Below, in pieces: positions 28,085 through 39,872 of a DNA stretch of 64,000 nucleotides. Each line of letters begins with the position of its first letter. The first letter of the stretch is position 1. The notes below the pieces were generated by a model. That model was not told where the DNA came from, ran no database searches, and saw nothing but the letters and a program-made list of their open reading frames with translations. Origin of the DNA: Ptychomitrium polyphyllum (Eukaryota); the NCBI GenBank assembly GCA_973851085.1, contig OZ316776.1:11532001-11596000 (forward strand), in the 5' to 3' direction. The position numbers were made by a program, and so were the translations under genes.

Positions 28085-31000
28085 GCTGGTCCTTATTTCA
28101 ACAACACCATGCCTGAAGAACCTCACAAAGTTCCGTCAAGCCAGAGTCTGTGCGGTAGCCATACAGTAGTAGCCAGCTCAAGACTGCTTCATTAACCTTT
28201 CCCACAAGAACAACTCTTCTGGTGCAAATAGATCGGTAAATGGGCTCGAAGAAAAGCATGCCATTGTCAATATTCACACCAAACTGTATGCATCAGCTCC
28301 TCAGATGCAGAACATGTCCTTTTTACAAGCACTACTGAGAAACCTAAGCTGCTGGATCCTCCGACTTCATCCAAGTATCTTAAATCTCTTCCTCTTCAAA
28401 GATATGAACCAGTACCAGCTTGCCTCCGTATCAAATTGTTCTGCCAGGGTCAAGTTGAAACAACATCAATAACCGATCTACACGCCAATATATAACAGTA
28501 TATCAAGAATTAGAGAGATACATTGAGTGCGCTCTAAACTGCAAGAATAGTAAGCTGGATTTTTATTCCTGTGAGAACTCGCAATACACGGTTCCACAGT
28601 TTATTGTCGGTATAGCAAACCGAATCAATGTACAATCTCTGAGGCGATCAAAATTCTCGTTCTGCAATTATCTATATCCAAACATCCTCTTTTAGAAACA
28701 GTCATCTTGAAAGACTAATCGAAGAACACCAAGCGTAAACTGAAGACCCAAAATTCCTTTTCGGCATCAATTGATACTTTCATGCCTGACACCTTAGTCA
28801 ACGCCCAACAGATGTTACAAAGTGCATCATTACGGCCTATAGCTCGTGACTGATGCAAATATGAACTTCAAAATCGCCCTAGATTAACGGGCCGATCAGT
28901 GCAAGAACATTTAAGAATTGTAGAACCAAAAACCTATACAAATCAACTTTGCTGAGGAACAGATGCACCCAAACATTGTTATCAGGTAGATGTGACCAGA
29001 AGACACAGCAGTAAGAAGCCGAAAGGCAGTGATTAATGTCGAGTAGGTGAGGGAACAAAAGATTCATGAAAAAAGGTTCATACGCTAGGAGCCACCAACC
29101 TTACAGTGAAGCAGTTCTTCATCTGGAGGTAAGCCTTAAAAAAAATTAAGCAGAGACAAAGGCAGAAATCGAGGGTACAGCCAAACCTAGAAAATCCCGA
29201 CACTATAAGTGACTTCAGGACGGATAGAGCAATGCCGGATTTGAGCATCCAGATCGCTCGCGCCCTAATGAAAGTAGTCAAGAAACATGCCAGTGACGAC
29301 CTTCATCACTCCACGTAGGAAAAACCTACTCGCACAACATAAGATTAGTCACGTCCATTAGTAGCACTAGTAGCCCTAGAGCAGTACCTGCAAAAAACTG
29401 GCTGATGGAACATTTCGGATGCGAAAGGGAAACCCTACCTAGCAGATTGCAATGCCGAGACCCTGCGCTTACAAACAGGAAACCGCAGCATCGAACGATA
29501 AATACTTTCCACTACCACCTAAAGAAAAAGCTTTCTCACCCCAAGTGCATCACCTCCAACCCTAATAAAAAAAACACCACTAAATCTAGGGCAACACACC
29601 TGAAATCTCGTCCTCTCGAACTCCAATCAGGCCCCATCCTACAAAACTAGGCCGCGGAGACTCCAGCGACAACCTCGTAGCATCAAGGAAGCCAGAATCG
29701 GGTATGCGTGGTCATTCCTGGAGAAAGTTGGATGCAAGTAGTCTAGGTTAGGAGCCGACGCCACAAAAGCCACTTCCTCGGCGACTCCATCGGTTGCACC
29801 TATACGAAAAAAAGTGAGGCAGGCACTCGGCAGACGGCGTGGCTGTTCGTCGGTGATGAACCTGGAAACGCAGCCGACGAGAGCGCGGTGGTTGTCTGTC
29901 TCCGCAGCACTCTTGATGCTGCTGCTGACCTCCGTTCTCGGCGCTATTTCTTCGTGCTCCAACCGTTTCCTCGGCTGCACGTGAGACACTGCAACACGGA
30001 GCTCCTCCACGCCCCACGGCCCGCGCTCTACCCGAGTGTGCGCAGCATTTGTCACCGCAACCGTGACGGTGCTGCCCAGCTTGCCACCATCGCTCCCACC
30101 TGGTGCCCTCTCTCCTCTCACTTTTCTCCCTCCACTTTTTACACTCCTTTTTCCACGACACCACTTTTCACGCGAAGCTTTTTACGCTAGTGTAATGTCT
30201 TTTTCCAGTGTGTTAATCAGTTCTCGTCTTTTTTCATAATGAAAGAACTTGGGATTAGGACGCTCAAGCGCTCAAGTAGAAACTGTTGACAATTTCAGCC
30301 CATGTTCTTCTTTGATCATCTTGTCATTTGGTGAACATGAATGAACGTCTGCATGAGGTGTTGGTAGCTCTTAGGAGAAGACAATAGTAATGAATCATTA
30401 TTATGCCAAAGATAAAATGATCAAATCAGTTGTATTTATTTGGTTTGTTTAGTGATAAAATTCATACAACAACTAGATGTGATATATGTTTGTTATATTA
30501 CTTTTTGATGATGATACTTTTATGGTGATAAAAATGTATTTAAGGATTTATACTTTTATAAAAACGTGATAAAAACGTATAAAAAATTAGATTTAGGAAG
30601 AAATTTAAAATTAAACCTTATCCTTTCCAAAAGTCACTAGATGAGAACTTGATCGTTTTCTATTCAATATGGTTGATGAAGCTTGGATGGCAAAATTTAG
30701 AAGGATTTGGTAAAAAAATATTGGCCTTAAGTTTAAAATACATCTTTTAAAAAAAAGCTATGGTGTAAGAATTAAGGCTCTTTGATAGTGGTAAATTTAG
30801 AAGAGAGTTTTTGCTTTTTAAAGATAGTGTTAGAAAAACAAAAAATAAAAAAGACAAGATATACTTTTAAGATTAGCCTTGAAAGGAATATTGTTACGGA
30901 TAGAGTAATGACAAGACAAGGTTTTAGGATTTCATAATATAGAAGAAGATATGTTTAAGGTATATTAGAAGTAAAGAACTATAACAAAATACAAAGACAA

Positions 31001-32656
31001 GACCAAAATGTCTGAGTTAGAAGACAAGAGATGTACTGTCAAGATTGAAAATCCCTCCAACATCAACTATTATATACTAGGACCACAAGCCTGAAAAGCT
31101 TCTTGAGAAGCTTCTACTACATTGTTTTGTACTCAAGCAAATTTGAGTTATTTCCTTGGAAACTTCCTAAATTAAGATAACTTCCGTAGAAGCTTCCTAA
31201 ATCTTCTAAGAATCTTTCTAGATGCTTCTAATATGTATGTCTGTGACATCACCTTCCTTTTTAAGTTCAAGGTTTATAAGAAGCATGTTGCAATAAGTGC
31301 TTAAAGCTTGAGGAAGTCAAAAATTTATTGTAAGGTGTCTGCAACATATTCCAATTGCTTTTCATGATTCAAATTATTCATGGGTCCTTGTAACCATCAA
31401 TAATGTCCAACACCTTTTACTTGGGACCAAGTATGAATTTTCTTAATTTTGTTATGAAAGTGTCTTTTAAAAACTGCTTTTGGATAAGCCTTGTGAGCTG
31501 GCTCTATTTTAAAGACAACCACCAACAATCTAGCGTGAGCCACTTGGTTGGATTGACACCACTAGTAAAGTATCTACATCTTGGCTATTCAAATCAAATA
31601 CATCAAACTAATATCAAGGAACTATTATAGATCCAAAACACAAAGGCTTAGATTCTAAATCAAGTATGAGGCTTTAGAAACTTATGGTCTAAGAATTGTT
31701 TTTTTCCTACTTAAAAGCCAAAGAATCAAGAGTTTTTAAGGTTACGCAATATTACCAAGCTATTGTTTTTTGTAGTGCTAATATTTTTTGGATGGAGGTT
31801 GTTGATGGAATTCACAAACTTTCACTGGTGAACTGGTAAGATTATTAGTTGGTTCCCATATGCATTTAGTGATGTCATATCCGTACTAATGGATCAAAAA
31901 TTTCAACTTTTTACATTTTATCCGTTAATCAAGCACTTCTTCCACTTCAAATTCATGATGATCGTCAAGTTTGATCATAAACAGTGGCAGCTGCATTCGT
32001 CCATAGATAATTAATTCCTTATAAGCTTCCAAAAATGAAATGTGGAATACTACATGTACCTTCATTGATGCTAGTAGTTTTAAACAATATGTCTTATGGT
32101 TGACTTATTTTTGAATTACAAACGGTTCCAATTTGCAATAGTCCAATTTATCACATGGCCAGTTGGTTGTTATATTATGTTAAAGGAGCCACACCTTTTA
32201 ACCAACTTAGAATGGAAGTTGTTAATTCCTTGTTGCATTTGCTGTTGCTTTGTATTGTTCTTGAGATTCTTCTAGTTGAGCCTTCATGGTTGCTTAAAGT
32301 TTTGCCATCTTTGTGGCAAATTCCTTTGTTGCTAGATTTTCACATCGTGAACGCTGTAATATATCCATTTTTGGATGATGTCCATATTTGGATTAGAATG
32401 TCATTTTTTGGGTGGAAACGTAAGCAATATTGTTGTAGGAAAATTCAGCCAATGTTAAATAGGAAATCCAATCATCTTATTGGTAGTTGATAGCACACTT
32501 TAGATATTGCTCCAAAATCTTGTTGACTTGTTATGTTTAACCATTGGTCTAAGGATAGAAGGTAAAAGAGAAATTTTAGTCCATTTTAAGGATCTCAAAG
32601 AATGACTTCCAAAATCTTGATATAAGTTGTGGCCCACGATTTGATATAATATTGTC

Positions 32657-32731
32657 AGGTAGTCTATGGTAGCAATAGACATTATCAATAAAGAGGTAGT
32701 CTATGGTAACAATAGACATTATCAATAAAGA
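32657..32731. repeat. 37-bp tandem duplication inside the integrase remnant
   Basis: aggtagtctatggtagcaatagacattatcaataaag followed by aggtagtctatggtaacaatagacattatcaataaag (1 mismatch). Confidence 0.85.
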
Positions 32732-35700
32732 GTGCAGCCATCTCTTTGCCCAAAATTTAACATCTTACAAGGTTAAAAATGTGCCATCTTGATCAATTGG
32801 TCTATCATTATAAAGATGGTATCAAAAGAATTTGACGGTGGAAGATTTGTGGTGAAATCCATGGAAATAGATGACCATGGTTGTCTTGAAATTGGCAGTG
32901 GTTGGAGAAGTCTATATGGACGATATCATGGGTTTTTTTACCGAGAGTAATTATTACACAAGAATACAAATTCTTTAACGACTTTCTGCATTTTTTGCCA
33001 TTAAAAGTCTTGAAAGAAAAATTCCAAAACCCTATTGAATCTAAAATATCCAACCGTAGGAAAGCCATGATGTGTTTGAAATACATAAAGGCGGATTAGT
33101 CCTTCAAGAACATATATTACGTTTTTTAAAATAAAGGAGGTTGTTCTTAAAACTGAACTTAGATACATCTTTAGGAAGGTTGTTGGAACAACACTTGATA
33201 ACAAGAATAAGTGGAATACTAGTAGATGCCACATAAATCTAGTCAAAGAATGATGAATCCACTAGAATTGAAACAATGGTCGTGTATATGCAAAATTGTT
33301 TAAGCTTCAATAGAGTTGCTTGTTGTTGATTGTATATTGCTTTTCCTTCCTGTGGTATAAGATACAATTGCTTATAAAGCATCTGACAACCCTTTTCGTT
33401 TTCCAAGTCAATATATGGTACAAAAATCAAATTAATATAGACATACTTCAACGAGCTTGGCGATGATTCAAAACATGGGCTGATATGAAATATTCCTAAG
33501 TTCTTGTAGTCCGTATGTATAATAATTAGATGCGTGGCACCTTCAAACAAATGGCGCCATGCTTGGAAAGAATCCACAATTGCAAGGAGTTTATTGTTAT
33601 GGATCTTATAATTGATTTCTGTACTTGAAAATTTTCTAGAATAGAATACAACCAGGTGGAGCCTCTCTTCTTTTTTTGGCTACAACTAATTTGCTTTTAA
33701 CGCAAAGTCGGAAGCATCCATCGCCATAGAAAATGGCTTTGAAAAGTCTAAATGGACTAAAATGAGGGCTGTAGTAAAAACTCGCTTCAAACTCTAAATA
33801 CATCTTTGGCATCGAGTCTCCACTGAAGTTTCTCCTTGCATATTAGTCGCATGAATAGTGCAGCTGTTTGGAAATAGTCCTTGATGAAGATCTTATAAAA
33901 GTTTGCAAACTCAAAAAAACATTAATTATCATTAACCGATTTTGGCCTCGTCCAATCATTGATTGGTTTAACTTTCTTTGGATCCATTAATAATCTTTTG
34001 TTCATGATAATATAGCCAAGGAATCCACTTGAGGTTTATAGTAGACACATTTTTCTAGCTTGGCATACAAACTAGCATCTCATAGTTTTTGTAGGATAAT
34101 GCGGACATATTGTTCATACTCCTCTAAGTTCTTTGAATAAATCAAGATATCAAGCAAGTAGCATACTATAAAATCATCAAAGTACTTACAAAATACATAA
34201 TTTATCAGGTGTTGGAAAATAGCGGGTGCGTTGATAAGTCCAAAAGGCATGTCATTGTATTCAAAATATCCATACCTTATTCAAAATGCCATCTTCTATT
34301 TGTCTCTTTCTTTGATGCGCATCAAATTGTAGGTTCCTTGTAGGTCTATTTAAATATAAATCATTGCTTAGCAAAATTGATCAAGAAATCCAAATATCAG
34401 TGGCAATGGATATTGATTCTACATTGTTATTTTGAGAGGCCACGGTAATCAACACACATTTGTAAATATCCATTTTTTCATTAAATAAAATATTGGAACA
34501 CTAGTAAAAGGCTCTAAATATTGAATGAAGTTTTTTACTAAGTTTTCATCAATATATTCTCTCAATTCCAAAAGATCATTTTTGGACAAGTTATAGATAA
34601 GTCCAAATGATGATTGAGCATTGTTTTGGGATCAATGGCACAATTGTAAAAATAATGTTCTAATAAGATGTCTGCATTTTTAAAAAAAAAATACATCTTG
34701 AAACTCCTTATACTTTTTTGGAATGGTTGATAATGAAATTACATCTATAGATGTTGGGGTCTTATACATAATAAAAGAAGTGCCATTTTTTTTTGCCGTC
34801 ATAAATACTTTAGCTCCAATAAAGAAAGGTTTTGTGACTTTAGGCATATGGGATGCATGAGCTTTTTCTTTAGGCTTGGTAGTTACAAGTTCTAGTATTG
34901 AAAATTCTATATTGCAAGATGCCCAATCTATCTACGGATTATACTTTTTGAGCCAAGAAAGCCCTAGAATGATGGGACTTGACGGAAACCTAATGACATT
35001 AAACACTACTTGGCTACTATAATTGTCCAATGTTACATTTAATAAATTGGTTTCATAAATAACATCTTCGGAGAATAAAAATCGGCCATCTATGACTTCT
35101 ACATGGACCGGCTCAAACTTTCTAATATATTTTTTTTTATGAATATTCAGAAACTCTTCATCAATAAAACAAGCAAAGGCCCCTTAATCTAATAAAGAAA
35201 GGCTCTAGAGCTTTTGATATCTAATCAAATAGGTGTAATAAAATAAGAAGAAAGGCAGATTAAGAAGACAAGAATTTTTTTTCTTGCAAAAGAAATGAAT
35301 TCAGCCGCATGGTTTCTATTATAGTTGGACGTCTTTGTTTTCTTACAATGCATTTGGTGTTGTGGTTGTACCCCTCATCTGATACGTACGTAGAAGTTTC
35401 TCTAAACAATTATTAGCCTTGTGAATATGTTTTCTATAGTACAAACACAATCTTTACTCTTTTTGTTGCTTCTTCTCATATTTGGTAAGGAGCTTGAAGC
35501 AAACTGTACCAATTTGCATAGCTTCTCCTTCCAAATACTTATTAGAGGTGGATAAGGTCAAAGCAACTGAATAGTTGGTATATAGTTGTGGTATAATCAA
35601 AGCTTGTTTATTTTGCCGACATAAAAATAGACGGTTATTGCACTTTGAAGCTTGATTGATGGCCTCATCAAGTGTTTGGAAATCTAGCATAGATAGCAAC

Positions 35701-36865
35701 AAATCTTTAACTTCATCACATACGCTCCAATGTAATTAACACATTAACACTTGTTTTTTTTAATAGATATTGCATGTAAGTTCTCAAAATTGTAATGCAT
35801 AAATTGACATTAAATGTGGCTTTTGGCGCAAAGCGCAAATTTTAGTGGTTGCAAAACAGAGCTTGTCATGTTTACCAAATGCTTCTGCAAACGCGACTAG
35901 AAACGCATCAAAGTAGCTAAGTATAGGAGAATTCTTCTAGAAAAGTAGTGCAAATCAAGACAATGTTTGTCTTAAAAGCAACGTGTCTACTAAACTAATG
36001 CATAAGGCTTTTGTAGAATATTGTCAAAGCTGAAATAAAGTAGCAAGTTGAACGTGGTTTACAAAGCTATAAAATTTTGAACGCGTATTGTTAAATTTTT
36101 TAGAAGGCTAATTATTGGTTCTTTGGTTGTCGATATTGAATTAATGGCTTGAATTTGTATGTCTTCTACTAAAGATGATCTAGACAATGGAGCACATAAA
36201 ATGATTTGGAATAGCAATTGAAGTGCTTTTGCTCCTTGACTATTATGTATGGTCAAATGAAATTCTTCATTTTGCTTAAATAAAGTCTCGATCTTCATCC
36301 TCAATTCTTTAAGGGCATTAATAATGGAATCTAATTTAGATTCTTTTTAATCAATTGTATTGATCTCTTCACTTCCTAGTATAAAAACAAAATAGAAATT
36401 GTTAAATAAATAAACTAAGGAAGATTCAAGAGGCTGTATCTGTCTAGAAGAGGATGATCCACAACTTCTAAAGTGCTATAGTACTTTCAAGAAGAACAAT
36501 ATTCAGCTCTCTATTACAAAAGACCAAGTTCTAATGTTGTTGTATGACAGTCTTAACAAAATGTTATAAATAGCATAACGACAAAATAAGGCTTCAGGAT
36601 TTTAGAATATGGAATAAGATATGTCCAAGGTATATTAGAAATAAAGAGCTATGATAAAATACAAAGACAAAGCCAGAAGATCTAAGCTAGACTACAAAAA
36701 ATGTGTTGTCAAAACTGATGATCTTTTCAACTGCAATTATTATATATACTAGGACTACAAGCATAGGAAGCTTCTTGAAAAGCTTCTATTACATTGTTTT
36801 GTACTCAAGTAAACTTCAAATTACTTCCTTGGAAGCTTCTTAATCTAAAGTGGTTCTATAGAAGT

Positions 36866-37449
36866 TGTCACGGACATAGATCATGCAACATAGTCCTTAA
36901 AACATTCTAGAACCTTCTAGTATACTATAATAGCTTCTTAGAATACCTTTAGATGTCTCCATAGTCTTTTCCATGTTCTTAAGAAGCTTCCTAGGAAAGT
37001 TCCTCCACATGAGGAAACTTCCTAGGAAAGTTCTATCATCTTAGGTAACTTCCTCGGAAACTTCCTATGAAGGTTCCATTATTTTAGGAAGCTTCTTATG
37101 AAGGTTCTACCTCTTTAGGAAACTTCCAAGGAAGGTTCCAATTCCTTGGAAGACTCTTAGAAAGGTTCCAACATCTTAGGAAACTTCTTGAGAAGGTTCC
37201 TTAGACTTCTAGAACATTCTTAAGCCTTGTAGGAAGCTTCTTTAGAAGTATCATAGGAGATACAAACGTCCTAGTATAAATAGGAGGCAAGACAAGGTAT
37301 TCCTTAGTCTTGCCAACACAAGTTGTGGATCATCTTGAATCTTGCCTTGTTCTAGCCTTTGTAACAACTTCTTGTTAATCATTAGCTCTTTGGAAGCTAA
37401 TTCTTGGAAAACACTTCGTTTTTGCTTCTTGTTTCTTGTGTCCCTAACA
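36866..37449 (+). mobile_element. Solo LTR (584 bp) of a second Gypsy family, inserted in opposite orientation in the 5' LTR of the large element
   Basis: Starts TGTCACGG and ends CTAACA; TSD GAAGT (36861-65) / GAAGC (37450-54). The uninterrupted partner LTR has a single GAAGC at this spot. TATAAATA at ~37275. Reverse-complement homologous to the LTRs at 37772 and 39470. Confidence 0.9.
36981..37200 (+). repeat. U3 subrepeat array: ~7 copies of a ~31-bp unit with quasi-palindromic GGAA(A/G)CTTCCTAGGAAGGTTCC core
   Basis: Repeated ggaaacttcctaggaaagttc / ggaagcttcttatgaaggttc / ggaaacttccaaggaaggttcc, separated by ~9-10 nt variable linkers. Confidence 0.8.
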
Positions 37450-37771
37450 GAAGCTTCCTAGGCCAAGATTACTTCCTTAAAAGCTTTTTAAACATTTTAA
37501 GAATTTTTTAAGAATCTTTCTAGATGCTTCTAATATGTATGCCCGTGAAAGATATTAAATAATAAAAATTGGTACAAAAATTGAAAACAAGACAACACAA
37601 TAGATGCATTTTTCAAATTATGTTTATAAGATTGAGATGTACGTCATTTTGCCTCAAATTTATACCTTAAAGCTTATGTTTTATATAAATTTCTAAAAAA
37701 TTTTGAAGGTATATGGAACTTTTTCAAAAAGTATTCTAAAAAAATTGAAGCTATTGGAAGCTTCTAGAAGG

Positions 37772-39872
37772 TATTAAGAATATAAGAAACAAGAAGCAAA
37801 TATTAAGTAATTTTTAAGAATTAGCTTCCAAAGAGCTAATAATTAACAAGAATTGATTCAAAGATTGAAATAAAGGCAAGATACAATATGATCTACAACT
37901 TATGTTAGCAAAACTAAGGTATGTCTTGTTTTTCCTTCTATTTATAATACAACACTTATGTTTTCTTGAATACTACTAAAGAAACTTCTTATGAAGTTTT
38001 TTAATATTTTGGAAGTCTATTGAACCTTTGTAAGCAGTTTCTAAAGACGCAGAATCTTCTCAAGAAGTTTTTCAAAAGAGGCAAAACCTTCCCAAGAAGT
38101 TTTGTAAAGATCGAAATGGCTATGGAAGCATTGGAAGTATTTTAAGAAACTATTACAATGTACCAGAAGGTTCTAAAAGATTCTATAGACTATGTTGCAT
38201 GATCTATATCCGTGACATTTTTCTTTGGAATCAAACATTTAAATTGGGCAGTAGCAAATTTGCATAGATTATAATACTTGTGGTTGGATTTCTAATACTT
38301 TTGAAGAAATAGTTGCCATACCTTAATGTATTGATTTCCATCCCAAGTATTATTTTTGGCACTTTTCAAATAATCTATTGTCACATGCTATTGCTTAAGC
38401 ACTAATTTTGTCCAACGTATCAATCCTTGACATTGTAAATAGCAAATCCTTTGCATTCTCTCTTAAGTCCCATTAAAGTCTTAAGATAAAGGCCTTATTA
38501 TTCTAATTAAAGTCACAAACTACTTGTCAAAACATTGTTGCATATATAGTAGTCAAGCGCTGTCTTTATTATAAACTTTGGATTTTTATTTTAGCCACCC
38601 TCTCTCAATTTGTATCTCCAAATGTTAATGTCAACGCTTCCATGAAAGCACCTAAATTGTTCAATAATGGTGATTTCTTCTCCATTAATGGTGCATACTA
38701 CGATAGTACATTGTTTGAGAAAAGAGTGGTTATAAATTCTACTTGAGTAGTATTGTTAGGATAGCAAGATTGATGCAAATTAAAAAAGAAACCTATTTGA
38801 TGAATAAAGCTTTTTAATTTTAATCTTGATCCATGAAACTTATATGGCATACTAATCTTTGATTGTGCATGGTTTTGGCATAAGAATTTTCTTCTGATAT
38901 TGGCTTTTTGCAATCAAATAACTTCTTAATATAGGCTTTGAATATCACCATCAAATTCTTGAGCTTCACAAGTGTACTACTTTAAATTGTTGATTGTATT
39001 AAAGCGAGCAAATTCCATTCGAAATGTGTTCAATAAATCTTGAAGGTTTGCGATAGTTGCAAACATATTTTCTAATATTCCTAGTACATTATCCATACTT
39101 AAATTAATAAGCTTTGAAAATGAAGAAGAAGAAGAATAAGAAATCAAAGAATTGACTTTAAAGAGGTTAATCTATAATTTCTATGGATCTTCTATATCTT
39201 CAAGAAGAAAAACTACACATTTAAGATTGTCAGGTACAATAACACTATCAATACATTCAAAGGGAGGTAATTGTGTCTTTTAAAAGATTCACCTTTTCTA
39301 AAAAAATAGCACTTGCTTTTAAATTAAGACATTAACTTATGATGTCAGTTTAGAAGAGGGTAATTTGCAACCTTCAAGATGCTTTAGAATCCTAAAGAAG
39401 ATAGGAAATCCACTATCTTCTTCAAAAAAACCTTAACTTTGACAAAAATGAAAAATAATCTTATCAAATTGTTAAGGACACAAAAGACAAGAAACGAAAA
39501 CAAGTGGTTTCCAAAAATTAGCTTTTAAAGAACTAATGATTAATAAGAATTGATACAAAGACTTGAAAAGGATAAGATACAATATGATCTACAACTTATG
39601 TTGATAAGACTAAGGTATACCTTGTCTTGCTTCTATTTATATTATGACGCTTGTATTTTCTAAAATATTTTTAAAGAAGCTTCCTATGAAAAAAGTTAAT
39701 ATATTAGAAATCTATGGAATCTTCCTAAGAAGTTTTTTTAAGAAATTCCTAAGAAATCTAAGGAAGTGGAATGGCTATAGAAGCATTGAAACTATTTTAA
39801 GAAACTATAACAGTGTAACAAATTTTTTTAGAAGATTCTAAAGACTATGTTGCATGATCTATGTCTATAACA
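37772..39872 (-). mobile_element. Internally deleted (non-autonomous) two-LTR Gypsy element, ~2.1 kb, retaining only a gag remnant
   Basis: LTRs at 37772-38217 and 39470-39872, both ending TATGTTGCATGATCTAT.TC..T.ACA on +; TSD GAAGG/AAAGG. Internal minus-strand gag fragments KISMPYKFHGSRLKLKSFIHQ…YPNN…QVEFITTL (~38700-38870) and IDTLDKISA*AIACDNRLFEK (~38360-38425). No pol visible. Confidence 0.85.

Larger units (their letters stand above)
30892..37550 (-). mobile_element. Full-length but decayed Ty3/Gypsy chromovirus LTR retrotransposon (Tcn1/Tf1-like)
   Basis: LTRs at 30892-31248 (TGTTAC..TGACA) and 36562-37550 (interrupted by a solo LTR); TSD AATAT/GATAT; PPT AAAAAGGAAGGTGA (minus) next to 31249. 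Minus-strand remnants in Gypsy order: gag (TLDEAINQASKCNNRLF ~35650), protease (LLD*GAFACFIDEEF ~35180), RT (MPFGLINAPAIFQHL…VCYLLDILIYSK ~34135-34252), RNase H (DASDFAL ~33710), integrase (~32100-33200), chromodomain (EFEVEEVLD*R…GYD…WEP ~31810-31975). Many stops and frameshifts. Confidence 0.93.

Noticed and set aside
27625..28195. Plus-strand Leu/Ser/Phe-rich ORFs
   Set aside because: Antisense shadows of the K/R/D/S-rich first exon of the DnaJ gene.
29639..30164. 160-aa and 138-aa minus ORFs upstream of the DnaJ gene as uORFs or a separate gene
   Set aside because: They start at GTG rather than ATG, resemble no family I know, and are explained by GC-rich leader/promoter sequence.
36981..37200. 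CRISPR-like look: quasi-palindromic ~21-bp repeats with variable spacers
   Set aside because: Spacers are only ~9-10 nt, repeats are degenerate, no cas genes are present, and the array lies inside a eukaryotic LTR U3 region.
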